A stretch of DNA of 46,430 nucleotides from a virus (IMGVR_UViG_3300024286_000008:1-46430); one strand, 5' to 3'; shown: positions 28,915-38,377, counted from the first letter of the stretch. Numbers and translations are program-made. Notes: a model not told the origin generated them from the sequence alone.

Positions 28915-30620
28915 GGGGTGGGGGCTGGGGTGGCGGGCTTTTTTATCCGTAGTTCACTGATAGCCAGGGCCAGGACTGCAGGATCGGCAGTTGGAAACTC
29001 CACCCTGAGACCCTCGATAAACGTTTTGGCCATGCTGGAGGTAGCTGTCCAGGACTTGAATGCGACACTAGCACGTACCAGGGCTGTATATATGTCACCC
29101 CTGGACATAGGCTCAGGCAAGGACTTGGATATCGCGCTGACAACATCCTCAATCTCCCCCTGGTAGGCCTTTGAATCAGCCTGAGGCACCAGCTCTCTGG
29201 CCAGGACCTCTGTGGTTACCTCCTCGATAACCGCCCCCTCTGCCACGTACATGGGCACGTTAGCCCGTAGGGGGCTATGCCCGTGCAGCTCCTCATGTAC
29301 AAAGATCTGTACAGCTTTGTACCATTCGAGCTCTTTGCCCAGCTGGGCCTCCAGCTCTCCAATCCTGTCTACGATCTTTGAGCGTGCCTCCTGGTCAGCT
29401 GGGGTGAGAGTTTTCCCAATGTAGTCTGAGAGCTGGCCACGTAGCAGCTCCAGGTCACTCGACACCGTAGGCCGTGGCCCCTGCAACAGCTGGCCTGTCT
29501 TGGGACTCAGAGCGATCCTACCCGTGGCCTGGTGCACTGCATCGTTGTGGGCTCCAGTGGCCTTGGCGTCGATTGCCGCCTGGCTATCACTGGCCTGCAC
29601 AGCCCTCACCAACGTGGGCAACTGCTGGGCTATCTGCTGGGCTATCAGGGACCTTGTCTGTGAGAAGTCCCCAGCCTGGGCTGCTGGAGTCTGCAGGGAC
29701 TTAGCCACATCCCCGATAACATCCGAGTGCAGGGGCTGAGGCTGCCTGGGGTCTGGGGTGGGCTGGGGTTTTGGCCTGGCCTTGGGTTTGGGGGGTGCTG
29801 GTGGCTGAGGCTGCCCTGGTGGCTGACCCCGGGCAGGACGCTTTATCACTCCAGCCTGGACTAGGCCTGCATTCCTGTTTTTGCCAGCGTTGTAGGCAAA
29901 GGTAGGTTGCACCCCTTTTATCGTGGTGGTGGTGACACCAGTCCTGGGATTTTTGACAACGATGGGGTCTGTGTCGACATCTGAGTCAGGTGTAACCCCC
30001 AGCTTTTTTGCCTGGAAACTAGACACCTGCTCCACCCAGCACGTGCACCGGTACCCATTCGGAGGGTAGGCGTAATTCCACCAGGGGTGGTCAACGGGCA
30101 GGACCCTCCCATCCCACGCCACGTGGTCAGGCCTGGGCCTTTCTGGATTGCCGTGCCTGTATCGGAGATAGGGCAGGGCCTTTTTTGCTGCCTCGATACG
30201 CTGCCATTGCCCGGCTGCCCTGGCTGTCCTAACATTGGTGTCATAAATGATTTTTAGACGTGCTGGGCTCCCCAGCTGCACGTCTGCAGTCTCCCCAGTG
30301 ATGGGGTCCACACGTGACTGCCTGCCCCACCAGCCCCTATCTGCCAGGATCGGGGTGATCCGCTTTTGGAATTCCGTGAATGGGAGGCCCTCTCTCAGGG
30401 CCTCAGCCACTGCTGTCTGCATGGACTCGATTACGTCCAGCTCAGTGGCCTTGGCCACGGCAAAGGCTGTGGAGTGCTCCTCATTCCACACGTCCTGGTA
30501 CGAAAAGGAGGGCTTTACCCCCTTTTTTGTCACGTACTCAAGGACCTCTGTAGGCACCACGCCTGGGTCAAACTTGGCATGGTTAGGGCTGACCTTGAGT
30601 CCATGGGCAGGGCAACTCAT
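28911..30620 (-). CDS. MuF (gpF) head morphogenesis protein with C-terminal HEXXH metallopeptidase-like extension
   Basis: AFAVAK, GWWG, RLKIIYDTN, PPNGYRCTC; Pro-rich linker; VHEELHG...IEEVTTE. Confidence 0.9.
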   Translation of the reverse strand: MSCPAHGLKVSPNHAKFDPGVVPTEVLEYVTKKGVKPSFSYQDVWNEEHSTAFAVAKATELDVIESMQTAVAEALREGLPFTEFQKRITPILADRGWWGRQSRVDPITGETADVQLGSPARLKIIYDTNVRTARAAGQWQRIEAAKKALPYLRYRHGNPERPRPDHVAWDGRVLPVDHPWWNYAYPPNGYRCTCWVEQVSSFQAKKLGVTPDSDVDTDPIVVKNPRTGVTTTTIKGVQPTFAYNAGKNRNAGLVQAGVIKRPARGQPPGQPQPPAPPKPKARPKPQPTPDPRQPQPLHSDVIGDVAKSLQTPAAQAGDFSQTRSLIAQQIAQQLPTLVRAVQASDSQAAIDAKATGAHNDAVHQATGRIALSPKTGQLLQGPRPTVSSDLELLRGQLSDYIGKTLTPADQEARSKIVDRIGELEAQLGKELEWYKAVQIFVHEELHGHSPLRANVPMYVAEGAVIEEVTTEVLARELVPQADSKAYQGEIEDVVSAISKSLPEPMSRGDIYTALVRASVAFKSWTATSSMAKTFIEGLRVEFPTADPAVLALAISELRIKKPATPAPTP

Positions 30621-32236
30621 GCCTTGCCCACAGCCACGATCCTGGTCTCTGTGGCGGCGATCGCCAGCTGCTTTACAAACTCATTCGAGTCAGCTGTCTC
30701 GGGGAAAGCTTTGAGAAGCTCAAGAAACTCAGCAAACGAGCCAGCACGCTGGGCCATGGCCTCGATAGTGTCTTTGTAGGGCACCAGGATCGGCTGCCAC
30801 TCTCGCATGGCAGCATCCACGGTTTGCTCTGCAGTGCGCACGCTCTGAGGCTCCTGGGCATTCAAGGCCAATCGATTGGGCTGGGGCTGCTGCCCAGGCT
30901 GCCCTGGTGGGGGCTGTTGACCTGGCTGTCCTGGCTGTTGGCCTGGCTGGAGCATCAGCTCCTCCTCAGGCGTACGCATGAGGTCTCCCCCCACCAGCTC
31001 CTCACCAGGTTCTGGATCAGGTATCGCAAACTTGGAGCGTACAAAGGCAGCAGGGACCTGGAGGCCAGCCTTGACCCAGGGCACCGCTGACTCTGACCAG
31101 GCCTTGAGATCCTCAGGGGGGCTAGTCTCGGGGTAGCAGTTGGGTACTGCTGCCTTGGGCCCGAAGTTGAGCATGACAAACGGCTTTATGACATGGGCCA
31201 TAACCGTGGCTGCCAGGTTATGCCCATCGGCCTGGGCAATGTCCTGTCTCACATTCTCATGCACGCTGGCCTGGGCCAGAGAGCTACCATCGTCGGATGT
31301 CATGGTCTGGCCCAGGACACCCTTGGAGAGCTGTTTATCAAAATACTCAGCAAGCTCCAGGTATGGACTCTGCCCTGACCCTGTACGTCCTGACAGTATC
31401 TCGAGCTCCACCGTATTGGGCATCAGCGCTGCAGCATCGTGGCCCAGGTTTGCCAGAGCCCTCTTTATGCTCTTTTTCTCATCATCCGTGGTAACCCCTG
31501 GCTCATATTTGGCCACCCTGATGGGCATCCCATAGACCTCAGAGAATGCCATCCAGTCCTTGACTGAGAAGGTCTTAAACATCCAGGTGGTAGCTGCCAG
31601 CATGGCAATGCCACCCCGTATAGGGACAGAGGCCCTCAACCTGGGGTAATGGATAATCAAGCCTGGAGGCAGTGGATCCCCACTCTGGTCAGCACCTGGG
31701 GTTTTGAGCCTCAGCTCAGTCATGGTGTCGACATCAAAGACAAAGCACCTGGGGTCCACTCTCCGAAACTCTTTGTAGGTCCACATCTTTGGGTCACTGA
31801 TGTCCCAAACCGGCTGAGACACAGCAAAGCCCTTGGCTATCGCATCCATGAGGTCAGCCACTAGCCAGGTAAAGTTAGGGCTCTCCAGCACGTGCTTTTT
31901 GACGGCTGCTGCCACCTGGTCCTTGTCTGAGTCCACATCAGCACCGGGCATGGTCGACTCACAGGCCCAGTCACAGCCGGTAATGGCCAGCTTTCGAGTC
32001 TGCAGGAGGCTGTAATAATGGAGGTCTCTCTCCTCCATAAACTCAGCCAGCTCCAGGTACGCCTGGATGTCGTTTGCCCTGGCAGACCTCAGGATGGCAG
32101 CCAAATCGACAGGCCCCAGCCCATCAGCCACCCTGGATTCCTGGGTCGCTTTTACATTGGTGATCTCAGCCAGGGCTGGGGGGTGCTCTGGGTTAGTGCC
32201 ACCAAAAAGCGATCGCCAAATATCCGACAGGGGCAT
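30617..32236 (-). CDS. Portal protein (Mu gp29/DUF935-like)
   Basis: MEERDLH, DAIAKGF, KDW..F.EVYGMPIR, SKGVLGQTMT, VHENVR; PGQQ low-complexity insert. Confidence 0.94.
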   Translation of the reverse strand: MPLSDIWRSLFGGTNPEHPPALAEITNVKATQESRVADGLGPVDLAAILRSARANDIQAYLELAEFMEERDLHYYSLLQTRKLAITGCDWACESTMPGADVDSDKDQVAAAVKKHVLESPNFTWLVADLMDAIAKGFAVSQPVWDISDPKMWTYKEFRRVDPRCFVFDVDTMTELRLKTPGADQSGDPLPPGLIIHYPRLRASVPIRGGIAMLAATTWMFKTFSVKDWMAFSEVYGMPIRVAKYEPGVTTDDEKKSIKRALANLGHDAAALMPNTVELEILSGRTGSGQSPYLELAEYFDKQLSKGVLGQTMTSDDGSSLAQASVHENVRQDIAQADGHNLAATVMAHVIKPFVMLNFGPKAAVPNCYPETSPPEDLKAWSESAVPWVKAGLQVPAAFVRSKFAIPDPEPGEELVGGDLMRTPEEELMLQPGQQPGQPGQQPPPGQPGQQPQPNRLALNAQEPQSVRTAEQTVDAAMREWQPILVPYKDTIEAMAQRAGSFAEFLELLKAFPETADSNEFVKQLAIAATETRIVAVGKA

Positions 32237-32288
32237 GGGGGCAGGCTAGCACAGCTGGGGCCAAAGATGGAAAAAGGTCAGGGCCAGC

Positions 32289-33065
32289 CTAGGCTGGGAA
32301 GTAGCTGTGTACGGGGTACCGTCGAATGTAATCGACTTCTGTCCAGGCCACGTAATTCGGAGGGGTGCTGACCTGGACACCTGCGTAAAGCGTGGGGCCA
32401 TAGCCCGTGAGAGTGCCCTGGGCAGTGGTGACGACGGTGCTGCGGCCATGGATATTGATCTCAGCGTTGTACTTGAGATCCCAAGTCACAGGCGTTATCT
32501 CAGCATCTATCCAGTGCACTGATGGTCCAAAGTCCGTGGTGGCTGTTGTGACTAACGTGGATAGTGTTGACTGCCAGCGTGCAATATCGTGGGGGGTGCC
32601 TGTCGCTTGCACGGCTGTATATATCGTACGGTCTGTTGCACCCTGGGCAGGGTTTAGGCTCGTGGTGAGAGCCAGCCCCCAACGATGCCCCGTGCCACCG
32701 GTGCGTTTTTGGAGTATGCGAGTAGCGTATGAGGCTGAGTCCGTGGTCGTTGCTTTCAACAGCACATACGTAGTGCTTGCCGTGGTGGGTGTCTGGAGTA
32801 GCAACATTGAATCACGGATTGACGATCGGTATTCCGTGGCTGCCAGCACTGGAGCAGTCAGCGGGTCAATCTCGCCTACTCGAGTAGTGAGCTCTCCTGA
32901 TGCAGCACCCCAGCGCATGAGACGCAAACCACGATCGGCAAGCACAGGAGAGCCTGAGTCGAATTCATCATTCCATGAGTCCGGTGCAGCTGGTGCCTCG
33001 ATATAACGATCTTTGTAGCGCACTGGGAGCTGTGCACTGCTGACTGGTCGTGAGTAATAGGGCAT
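32289..33065 (-). CDS. Virion-associated lectin/beta-sandwich-like protein, paralog A
   Basis: WNDEFD N-terminal and DYIR C-terminal motifs resemble ConA/GH16-like folds; paralog of the adjacent gene. Confidence 0.7.
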   Translation of the reverse strand: MPYYSRPVSSAQLPVRYKDRYIEAPAAPDSWNDEFDSGSPVLADRGLRLMRWGAASGELTTRVGEIDPLTAPVLAATEYRSSIRDSMLLLQTPTTASTTYVLLKATTTDSASYATRILQKRTGGTGHRWGLALTTSLNPAQGATDRTIYTAVQATGTPHDIARWQSTLSTLVTTATTDFGPSVHWIDAEITPVTWDLKYNAEINIHGRSTVVTTAQGTLTGYGPTLYAGVQVSTPPNYVAWTEVDYIRRYPVHSYFPA

Positions 33066-33074
33066 GTTTTTAGC

Positions 33075-33854
33075 TCACGCTGGAAAATAGGAGTGCACGG
33101 GATAGCGGCGGATATAGTCAATTTCGAGCCAAGTCATATAGGTGGCAGGTGTCGACACCATCACACCTGCATACAGGGAACCTGGCCCAAAATCGATAAA
33201 CGGCCCTAGCTGTGAAGCTGTCACAACACCAGTTCTGCCATGCACGTTTGTTTCACAGTTATAACGAAGGTTCCAGATTGCATCTATCTGGCAGTCTGCC
33301 CACAACACCACAGGGCCAAAATCCTGCATGGCAACAGCAAGTAAGTTTGCAAAGCCAGCCTGATACCGTACCAAAGAGTGGTTTCCAGTGTCGGTTTCGA
33401 CAAATACGAAGATCGATCGGTCGGCAACTGCCCCAGCTGGGTTTAGTGAGTTGCCCACCGTCACACCAAAGTATTGATTAGTTAGTCCTACACGCCTGGG
33501 AATAATGCGAGCAGCATACGCATATGACGTTGGTGGTGTTGGCTTATTCAGAAACCAATTTACATCAGTACCCAGGGGCACCTGCAGCAACAAACAAGAA
33601 TCCCGCAAAGACGATCGATACTCCGTGATAGCCAATGCTGGAGCAAACATGTCCACTTCTCCAACACGTGTTGTGAGCTCACCAGTCCCCTGATGCCGTG
33701 TAAGCCTCAGCCCCCTGTCAGCCAGCACGGGGGAGCCTGAGTCGAATTCATCATTCCATGGGTCTGGGTTACTAGGTGGGTCGATATACCGATCGCGGTA
33801 GGCCAGTGGTGGGAGCTCACCCCCACCAACCTCAGGTGGATAATACAGCGGCAT
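33075..33854 (-). CDS. Virion-associated lectin/beta-sandwich-like protein, paralog B
   Basis: Shares WNDEFDSGSPVLADRGLRL and DYIRRYPVHSYFPA with paralog A; ATG 33854 follows the upstream stop. Confidence 0.7.
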   Translation of the reverse strand: MPLYYPPEVGGGELPPLAYRDRYIDPPSNPDPWNDEFDSGSPVLADRGLRLTRHQGTGELTTRVGEVDMFAPALAITEYRSSLRDSCLLLQVPLGTDVNWFLNKPTPPTSYAYAARIIPRRVGLTNQYFGVTVGNSLNPAGAVADRSIFVFVETDTGNHSLVRYQAGFANLLAVAMQDFGPVVLWADCQIDAIWNLRYNCETNVHGRTGVVTASQLGPFIDFGPGSLYAGVMVSTPATYMTWLEIDYIRRYPVHSYFPA

Positions 33855-33855
33855 A

Positions 33856-35262
33856 TTATGCAACCTCCGTAACTAGCGCTGCACCCACTGCAGACACCCA
33901 GGCACCAGTAATAATGCCCGTATACCCATACGGCGTTTCATAGTAGGAGCCAGCTGCCATCAGGCACGTGTAACTGACATTCGAGGCAGTGCTGCCCAGC
34001 TTGAGATACAGAGCTGAGGCTGAGTCGTTCTGCACCGTGGCACCTTTACGGGCAGTGTTACTCGCCACCAGAGTCACAGGTGTGATGGAGGCAGCGACGC
34101 TGGCCACAGCAGCCGTGGCAGGGCCTGCTGGAGCTGCTGTAACCACGTTGATTGCAGGCTGGTCGCTGGCCAGCACCACAGGAGCTGAGGCTGCTGCTGT
34201 CTTTTGACCCAGCGTGTTAGTTCGTGCTGCGAACGTGGCCTCTGTGAGGCGTGTGGCTAGCGTGGCCTCTGTCGCTGCACCAGCTGGCAGCGGCAATGCA
34301 GCGGCGGACACAGGCTGCGTGGCTGGGAAGTTCGAGACGCTAACAGCGCCATCCACAGTCAGTGAGCCACCCCCATCAGTCACGGACAGGGCTGACTGGT
34401 CGCTGGCCAGCACCACGGGCGATGAGGCTGCCCCGGTTTTTTGCCCTACCGTGGGAGTACGTGTCGTGAATGTGGTCTCTGTGAGGCGTGTGGCGAGCGT
34501 GGCCTCTGTCGCTGCACCGGTCGGCAGTGGCAGGGATGTGGCAGACACAGGTTGCGTGGCTGGGAAGTTTGTGACTGAGACCGTGCCATCGATAGCCACG
34601 GCCCCAGAGGGAGCTACCTTGACATCGACGTAACCACCACCACCCTGAGTCGTTTTGCCCGTGATAACGGATTTGACGGTAGTCGCATCAGACTCTGGAC
34701 TGGTTACATCTGAAACACGAGTAGTGCCTGTGCGTACTACCGTATAATGCAGGATCGTTTGTATCTGCAGCGTGGTTTGAGCAGTGCCGCCGTTCGTGAA
34801 AACTACGCGGAAATATGCAGCTCTAGGACCAACTGTGTATGACCCTGCAATGCTAGGCAGCAACGTAAATGCCAGGGTCTCAGCCCACACCACGCCATCG
34901 ACAGACCATTGCATCTTGAGGCCATCGACAGCAGAGCCAACGTTCGAGTATACGAATACACCGATTGCCGCAAAGTCCTGCACAAATACAGGGGTGCCAG
35001 TAAATGTCCCGTTCGCACCCAGGGGTGTGTTGGTGCTGTTGCCCGTGTTAGCCACGGATGGCACAGAGATACGCAACGGTGTGCCACCATCGGAGATCTT
35101 GACCCTCCCATCGGCTTCCGTTGCGATGAACTGGGCATGATTAGTGCCATCCACACCTGCAATGAGCTCTGCTGCCTCAGTGCCCGTCAACAGGGCACCA
35201 TCCTCCACTGCAGTTGTGGACATGCCTGGAGGAAGATCAATCTGTTTTAGTTTGATAGTCAT
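33856..35262 (-). CDS. Fibre/decoration-like protein with internal 79-aa tandem repeat
   Basis: Thr/Ala/Val-rich; NFPATQPVS...LASDQ occurs twice at 237-nt period; C-terminal RKGATVQN.S...LYLKLG domain. Confidence 0.72.
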   Translation of the reverse strand: MTIKLKQIDLPPGMSTTAVEDGALLTGTEAAELIAGVDGTNHAQFIATEADGRVKISDGGTPLRISVPSVANTGNSTNTPLGANGTFTGTPVFVQDFAAIGVFVYSNVGSAVDGLKMQWSVDGVVWAETLAFTLLPSIAGSYTVGPRAAYFRVVFTNGGTAQTTLQIQTILHYTVVRTGTTRVSDVTSPESDATTVKSVITGKTTQGGGGYVDVKVAPSGAVAIDGTVSVTNFPATQPVSATSLPLPTGAATEATLATRLTETTFTTRTPTVGQKTGAASSPVVLASDQSALSVTDGGGSLTVDGAVSVSNFPATQPVSAAALPLPAGAATEATLATRLTEATFAARTNTLGQKTAAASAPVVLASDQPAINVVTAAPAGPATAAVASVAASITPVTLVASNTARKGATVQNDSASALYLKLGSTASNVSYTCLMAAGSYYETPYGYTGIITGAWVSAVGAALVTEVA

Positions 35263-35269
35263 GGCATGC

Positions 35270-36235
35270 TCACGCTGTAGCGAGTGTCAGGTATGAGATC
35301 ACATCGTTCGCATCTAGGGTAAATGGGAGCCCACTGCCCTGATACAGCAAATCGCCAGTTGTCAAATTTGCGATCGCTTTAGGTGTGTTGCCCGAGTCAG
35401 ACGAAAAATAAAAGTCGCTTGTCCGTAACGCATCCCCGATTGCGTAGGCAACACCATTGACAAAAACGTGCAAGTACCCATCGGAAGTTGGGGTAACCGC
35501 AAGAGGCGTTGCGCATGCGAGCATGTGTGGTGCTGTAGTGAGAGATGCCACCATGTTTTTGTTAGATAGTGGAATCGCCACACTACCTCCAGCACCTGGG
35601 GGACCCTCAGGTCCCTCTGGTCCGATGGGCCCTTGAGGCCCCTGGGCTCCATCAGCACCGGCTGGACCTTGAGCTCCATCAGCACCGGCTGGGCCTTGAG
35701 CTCCATCAGCACCCTGGATGCCCTGGGCACCGGCTGGGCCAGGGTCTCCCTGGATGCCCTGAATACCCTGGATGCCTGGGTCTCCCTTTGGTCCGATGGG
35801 CCCTTGAGCCCCAGCAGCACCATCAGCACCGGCTGGGCCAGGCTCGCCTTGAGGTCCCTCTGGTCCGGCTGGGCCCATGGGCCCCTCAGGACCTCCAGCT
35901 GGGCCAGGCTCACCCTGTGGACCCTCTGGTCCGATAGGGCCTGGAGCCCCATCAGCACCTGCAGGGCCATCAGCTCCAGCTGGGCCAGGCTCACCTTGAG
36001 GTCCGGCTGGGCCCATAGGTCCCTCAGGGCCACCGGCTGGCCCTGGCTCCCCTTGTGGTCCCTCTGGTCCGATAGGACCTGGAGCTCCATCAGCCCCAGC
36101 TGGCCCATCAGCTCCAGCTGGACCCACGGGGCCCTCAGGCCCAGGTGGCCCAGCACCCCCAGCCTGCGATACCACCACGCTAAAAATGGGGGTTTCTGGC
36201 ACCACCACATTTATTACACAGCAGTCAGATGGCAT
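35270..36235 (-). CDS. Collagen-like (Gly-X-Y) fibre protein
   Basis: About 190 residues of G-X-Y triplets, with a 138-nt internal DNA duplication. Confidence 0.9.
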   Translation of the reverse strand: MPSDCCVINVVVPETPIFSVVVSQAGGAGPPGPEGPVGPAGADGPAGADGAPGPIGPEGPQGEPGPAGGPEGPMGPAGPQGEPGPAGADGPAGADGAPGPIGPEGPQGEPGPAGGPEGPMGPAGPEGPQGEPGPAGADGAAGAQGPIGPKGDPGIQGIQGIQGDPGPAGAQGIQGADGAQGPAGADGAQGPAGADGAQGPQGPIGPEGPEGPPGAGGSVAIPLSNKNMVASLTTAPHMLACATPLAVTPTSDGYLHVFVNGVAYAIGDALRTSDFYFSSDSGNTPKAIANLTTGDLLYQGSGLPFTLDANDVISYLTLATA

Positions 36236-36252
36236 AATGCAGTCCTATTGCC

Positions 36253-36609
36253 ATGGCCCAGACAAACCAAATCAACCTAGTTCCTAATGAAATTTCGCTA
36301 CGTTGCGCGATTGGGGCGTCTGTTGCCATACGTCTCAGCGCCTATGCCCCAGGGGGAGCACCATTTATCCTGACACCCTACGATATTTCAGCACCTTTTG
36401 TCAGCAGTAACGCCACCTCTCCCCCAGTGGGGGCCTGGACACTGGCTCTCGAGGAGTCAGCGATCCTGATGACGCTCACAGAAACAGACACAGCAGACCT
36501 GGCCCCCACAGGCACGATTAGCTGGCACTGGAATGTCTGGCTAGACCATAAAACCGAGCCCCAGAAGATCCTTTTTTGCCATGGCAGCCTCATCCTGGTG
36601 GATCCCTAA
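36253..36609 (+). CDS. BppU-N/LtfC-like fibre adaptor protein, on the opposite strand
   Basis: Pattern P..ISL...G...PFILTPY...LTETDTADL...W.V...HGSL; followed by a terminator. Confidence 0.65.
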   Translation: MAQTNQINLVPNEISLRCAIGASVAIRLSAYAPGGAPFILTPYDISAPFVSSNATSPPVGAWTLALEESAILMTLTETDTADLAPTGTISWHWNVWLDHKTEPQKILFCHGSLILVDP

Positions 36610-36633
36610 GCTCGAACGGGGCAGGGTCGATAA

Positions 36634-36674
36634 ACGAAAAAAGCCCGTCCTGATCTGGGACGGGCTTTTTTCGT
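36634..36674. terminator. Bidirectional rho-independent terminator
   Basis: ACGAAAAAAGCCCGTCC-tgatctg-GGACGGGCTTTTTTCGT: perfect 17-bp stem with a T-tract on both strands, between convergent genes. Confidence 0.92.
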
Positions 36675-36688
36675 GGTGGGTGGGGTGG

Positions 36689-36994
36689 TCAGACAGTCCA
36701 GGGAAACATCCTGACCAGGTCTGCCAGCTTGCCCAGGAGCTCCTCCCTTTGCTCTGGCATAAGCGTGTCTGCCTCCTGGATTTTTACCCCCACCTGCATC
36801 ATGGGCACAAACTCCTGATACGCATCCCCCAGAGGGCTGACAGGCTCCAGGAGCAGCCTCACGTGCAACGGCTGCCAAATATCATGCTCACGTGCCCAGG
36901 CATTGGTGTGGAGCTGCAGGAGCTCCTGACAGACCATGACAGAGCTCAAGATCTCCGATGCCCTACGCTCAAAATAGTCCATGGCCATGCTCAC
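36689..36994 (-). CDS. Hypothetical protein
   Basis: Overlaps the upstream stop; ends just before the terminator. Confidence 0.6.
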   Translation of the reverse strand: MSMAMDYFERRASEILSSVMVCQELLQLHTNAWAREHDIWQPLHVRLLLEPVSPLGDAYQEFVPMMQVGVKIQEADTLMPEQREELLGKLADLVRMFPWTV

Positions 36995-37176
36995 ACCACC
37001 TGGTCAGGAAACCTGGGGACGATCTTGCCCGTCTCTGTGTTTTTGTATCGGACATCCCGTGAGGCATCGATTGTCTGGCCGAATTTATGAGCCTCATCAA
37101 ATGAGGCGTACCTGTGCAAGATAGTTCGCCAAAACTCTGAGCTAGCTTTCATTCTCGTTTGAATTACCCAGGTCAC
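36991..37176 (-). CDS. Hypothetical protein
   Basis: GGAGG RBS upstream; operon packing. Confidence 0.6.
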   Translation of the reverse strand: MTWVIQTRMKASSEFWRTILHRYASFDEAHKFGQTIDASRDVRYKNTETGKIVPRFPDQVV

Positions 37177-37195
37177 TCGTTAGCCCTCCAATAAA

Positions 37196-37918
37196 CTATT
37201 TTAGAACGTAATCGCCAGCTGGGTATAGCCCCACATCCCTGGCAGCACGCTCCGGCCCCACACGTTCCACTCCCTGGAGCTCTCCCAGGGCCAGAGTTGA
37301 GTTGAGTATCAACCAGCCCAGCTGAGAGGCTGCCTGCAGGTCCTGGGGCACCAGGTCTACCTCAGCCTCTGGTGCAAAGTGGTTTCTATCCCCAGTATCT
37401 TTACCATCCCGCAAAAACTCAGCAGTCCTGGCAAACTGGGTAAACTCGACAGAACTACCAGCAGCAAAAAAGCTCCACAGGTCCTCCAGGTAAACCACCA
37501 CCAGGGTATTAACAGGGTCAAGCCTGCCAGACCTGGCCACCAGACTAAGCCTTGGCAGTGGAGGCAAACGGATTAGCCAAGTACCCCAGGGGCCCCGTGG
37601 CCTATAATCGGACTGGGGCTGAGAGCTGATAAAAGCCCTCATCCTCTCCTCAGAGACAGCAACGGTAGGCAGACCGGAACGGCCCCAGCTCCCAGCTATC
37701 GCCAGCATCAGCTGTGAGCCTGCATCGTAGGTACCAGCAGACACAGGAGCTCTGACTGTAAGACCCTCCACATACGAACAACTTCCAAAGTACCAGCCAC
37801 GTGCATCCGTATACGCAAGGGCTGCCAGTGTGTTCTCACGTTCTTTGGACACTTCTCGCCTCAGCTCCCTACCGTCGATTGTACGCCTGACTACCCTGCC
37901 ACCAAGCTCACGTGCCAT
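37196..37918 (-). CDS. Hypothetical protein
   Basis: 240-aa ORF tightly packed in the operon. Confidence 0.7.
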   Translation of the reverse strand: MARELGGRVVRRTIDGRELRREVSKERENTLAALAYTDARGWYFGSCSYVEGLTVRAPVSAGTYDAGSQLMLAIAGSWGRSGLPTVAVSEERMRAFISSQPQSDYRPRGPWGTWLIRLPPLPRLSLVARSGRLDPVNTLVVVYLEDLWSFFAAGSSVEFTQFARTAEFLRDGKDTGDRNHFAPEAEVDLVPQDLQAASQLGWLILNSTLALGELQGVERVGPERAARDVGLYPAGDYVLK

Positions 37919-37921
37919 GGC

Positions 37922-38140
37922 TCAAAGGTCCCGTAATCGGCGCCGGATAGTCATGGCACTGCACCCAATCTCCACAGCCAGCTGCCCTGTGGTCAACTCC
38001 CCATCCCGGACTCTCTGGAGGTCAGCGATACTGATTTTTGTCCTTGGCCGTCCTGTATGCACACCAGCTGCCTTGGCTTTCCGTAGGCCACGTTTGGTCG
38101 CTATCGATATTTGGCGTCTACAATGATCACACAGTGCCAT
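37922..38140 (-). CDS. Stand-alone serine resolvase/invertase-type C-terminal HTH protein
   Basis: TKRGLRKAKAAGVHTGRPR followed by HTH (GQLAVEIGCSAMTIRRRL); no catalytic domain. Confidence 0.75.
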   Translation of the reverse strand: MALCDHCRRQISIATKRGLRKAKAAGVHTGRPRTKISIADLQRVRDGELTTGQLAVEIGCSAMTIRRRLRDL

Positions 38141-38146
38141 CAGGTC

Positions 38147-38377
38147 TCAGTCCGATAGCTTGGCTAGAAAGTCTCTGAGCATCTTGATTGCATCGTCCCG
38201 GTTTGAGTTTGACAGGTACGTGGTACCGCCACCAGCCCCCTGGTTAAACATGAAAAAGCAAAAACCCACACCCTCTGGCATTACGTGGGCAATGGCCTTG
38301 CCTATCTTTCTGCTTTCAATTTCCAGGGCTACACGGCTGTAGGCCTGTTCTGGGGTCTCGGGTTTATTGTCAGTCAA
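38147..38377 (-). CDS. Hypothetical phage protein
   Basis: GFCFFMF...YLSNSNRDD; TTG 38377 overlaps the upstream stop (track start 38413). Confidence 0.6.
   Translation of the reverse strand: MTDNKPETPEQAYSRVALEIESRKIGKAIAHVMPEGVGFCFFMFNQGAGGGTTYLSNSNRDDAIKMLRDFLAKLSD

Noticed and set aside
32289-33854. Diversity-generating retroelement TR/VR pair
   Set aside because: Differences are synonymous and not adenine-specific, both copies are full ORFs, and there is no RT
35600-36160. CRISPR-like repeat array
   Set aside because: The repeats are in-frame collagen codons with no unique spacers; the Cas4-like gene is a solo phage exonuclease
35362-36280. Long alternative-frame and antisense ORFs over the collagen gene
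   Set aside because: Shadows of the stop-poor G-X-Y repeats
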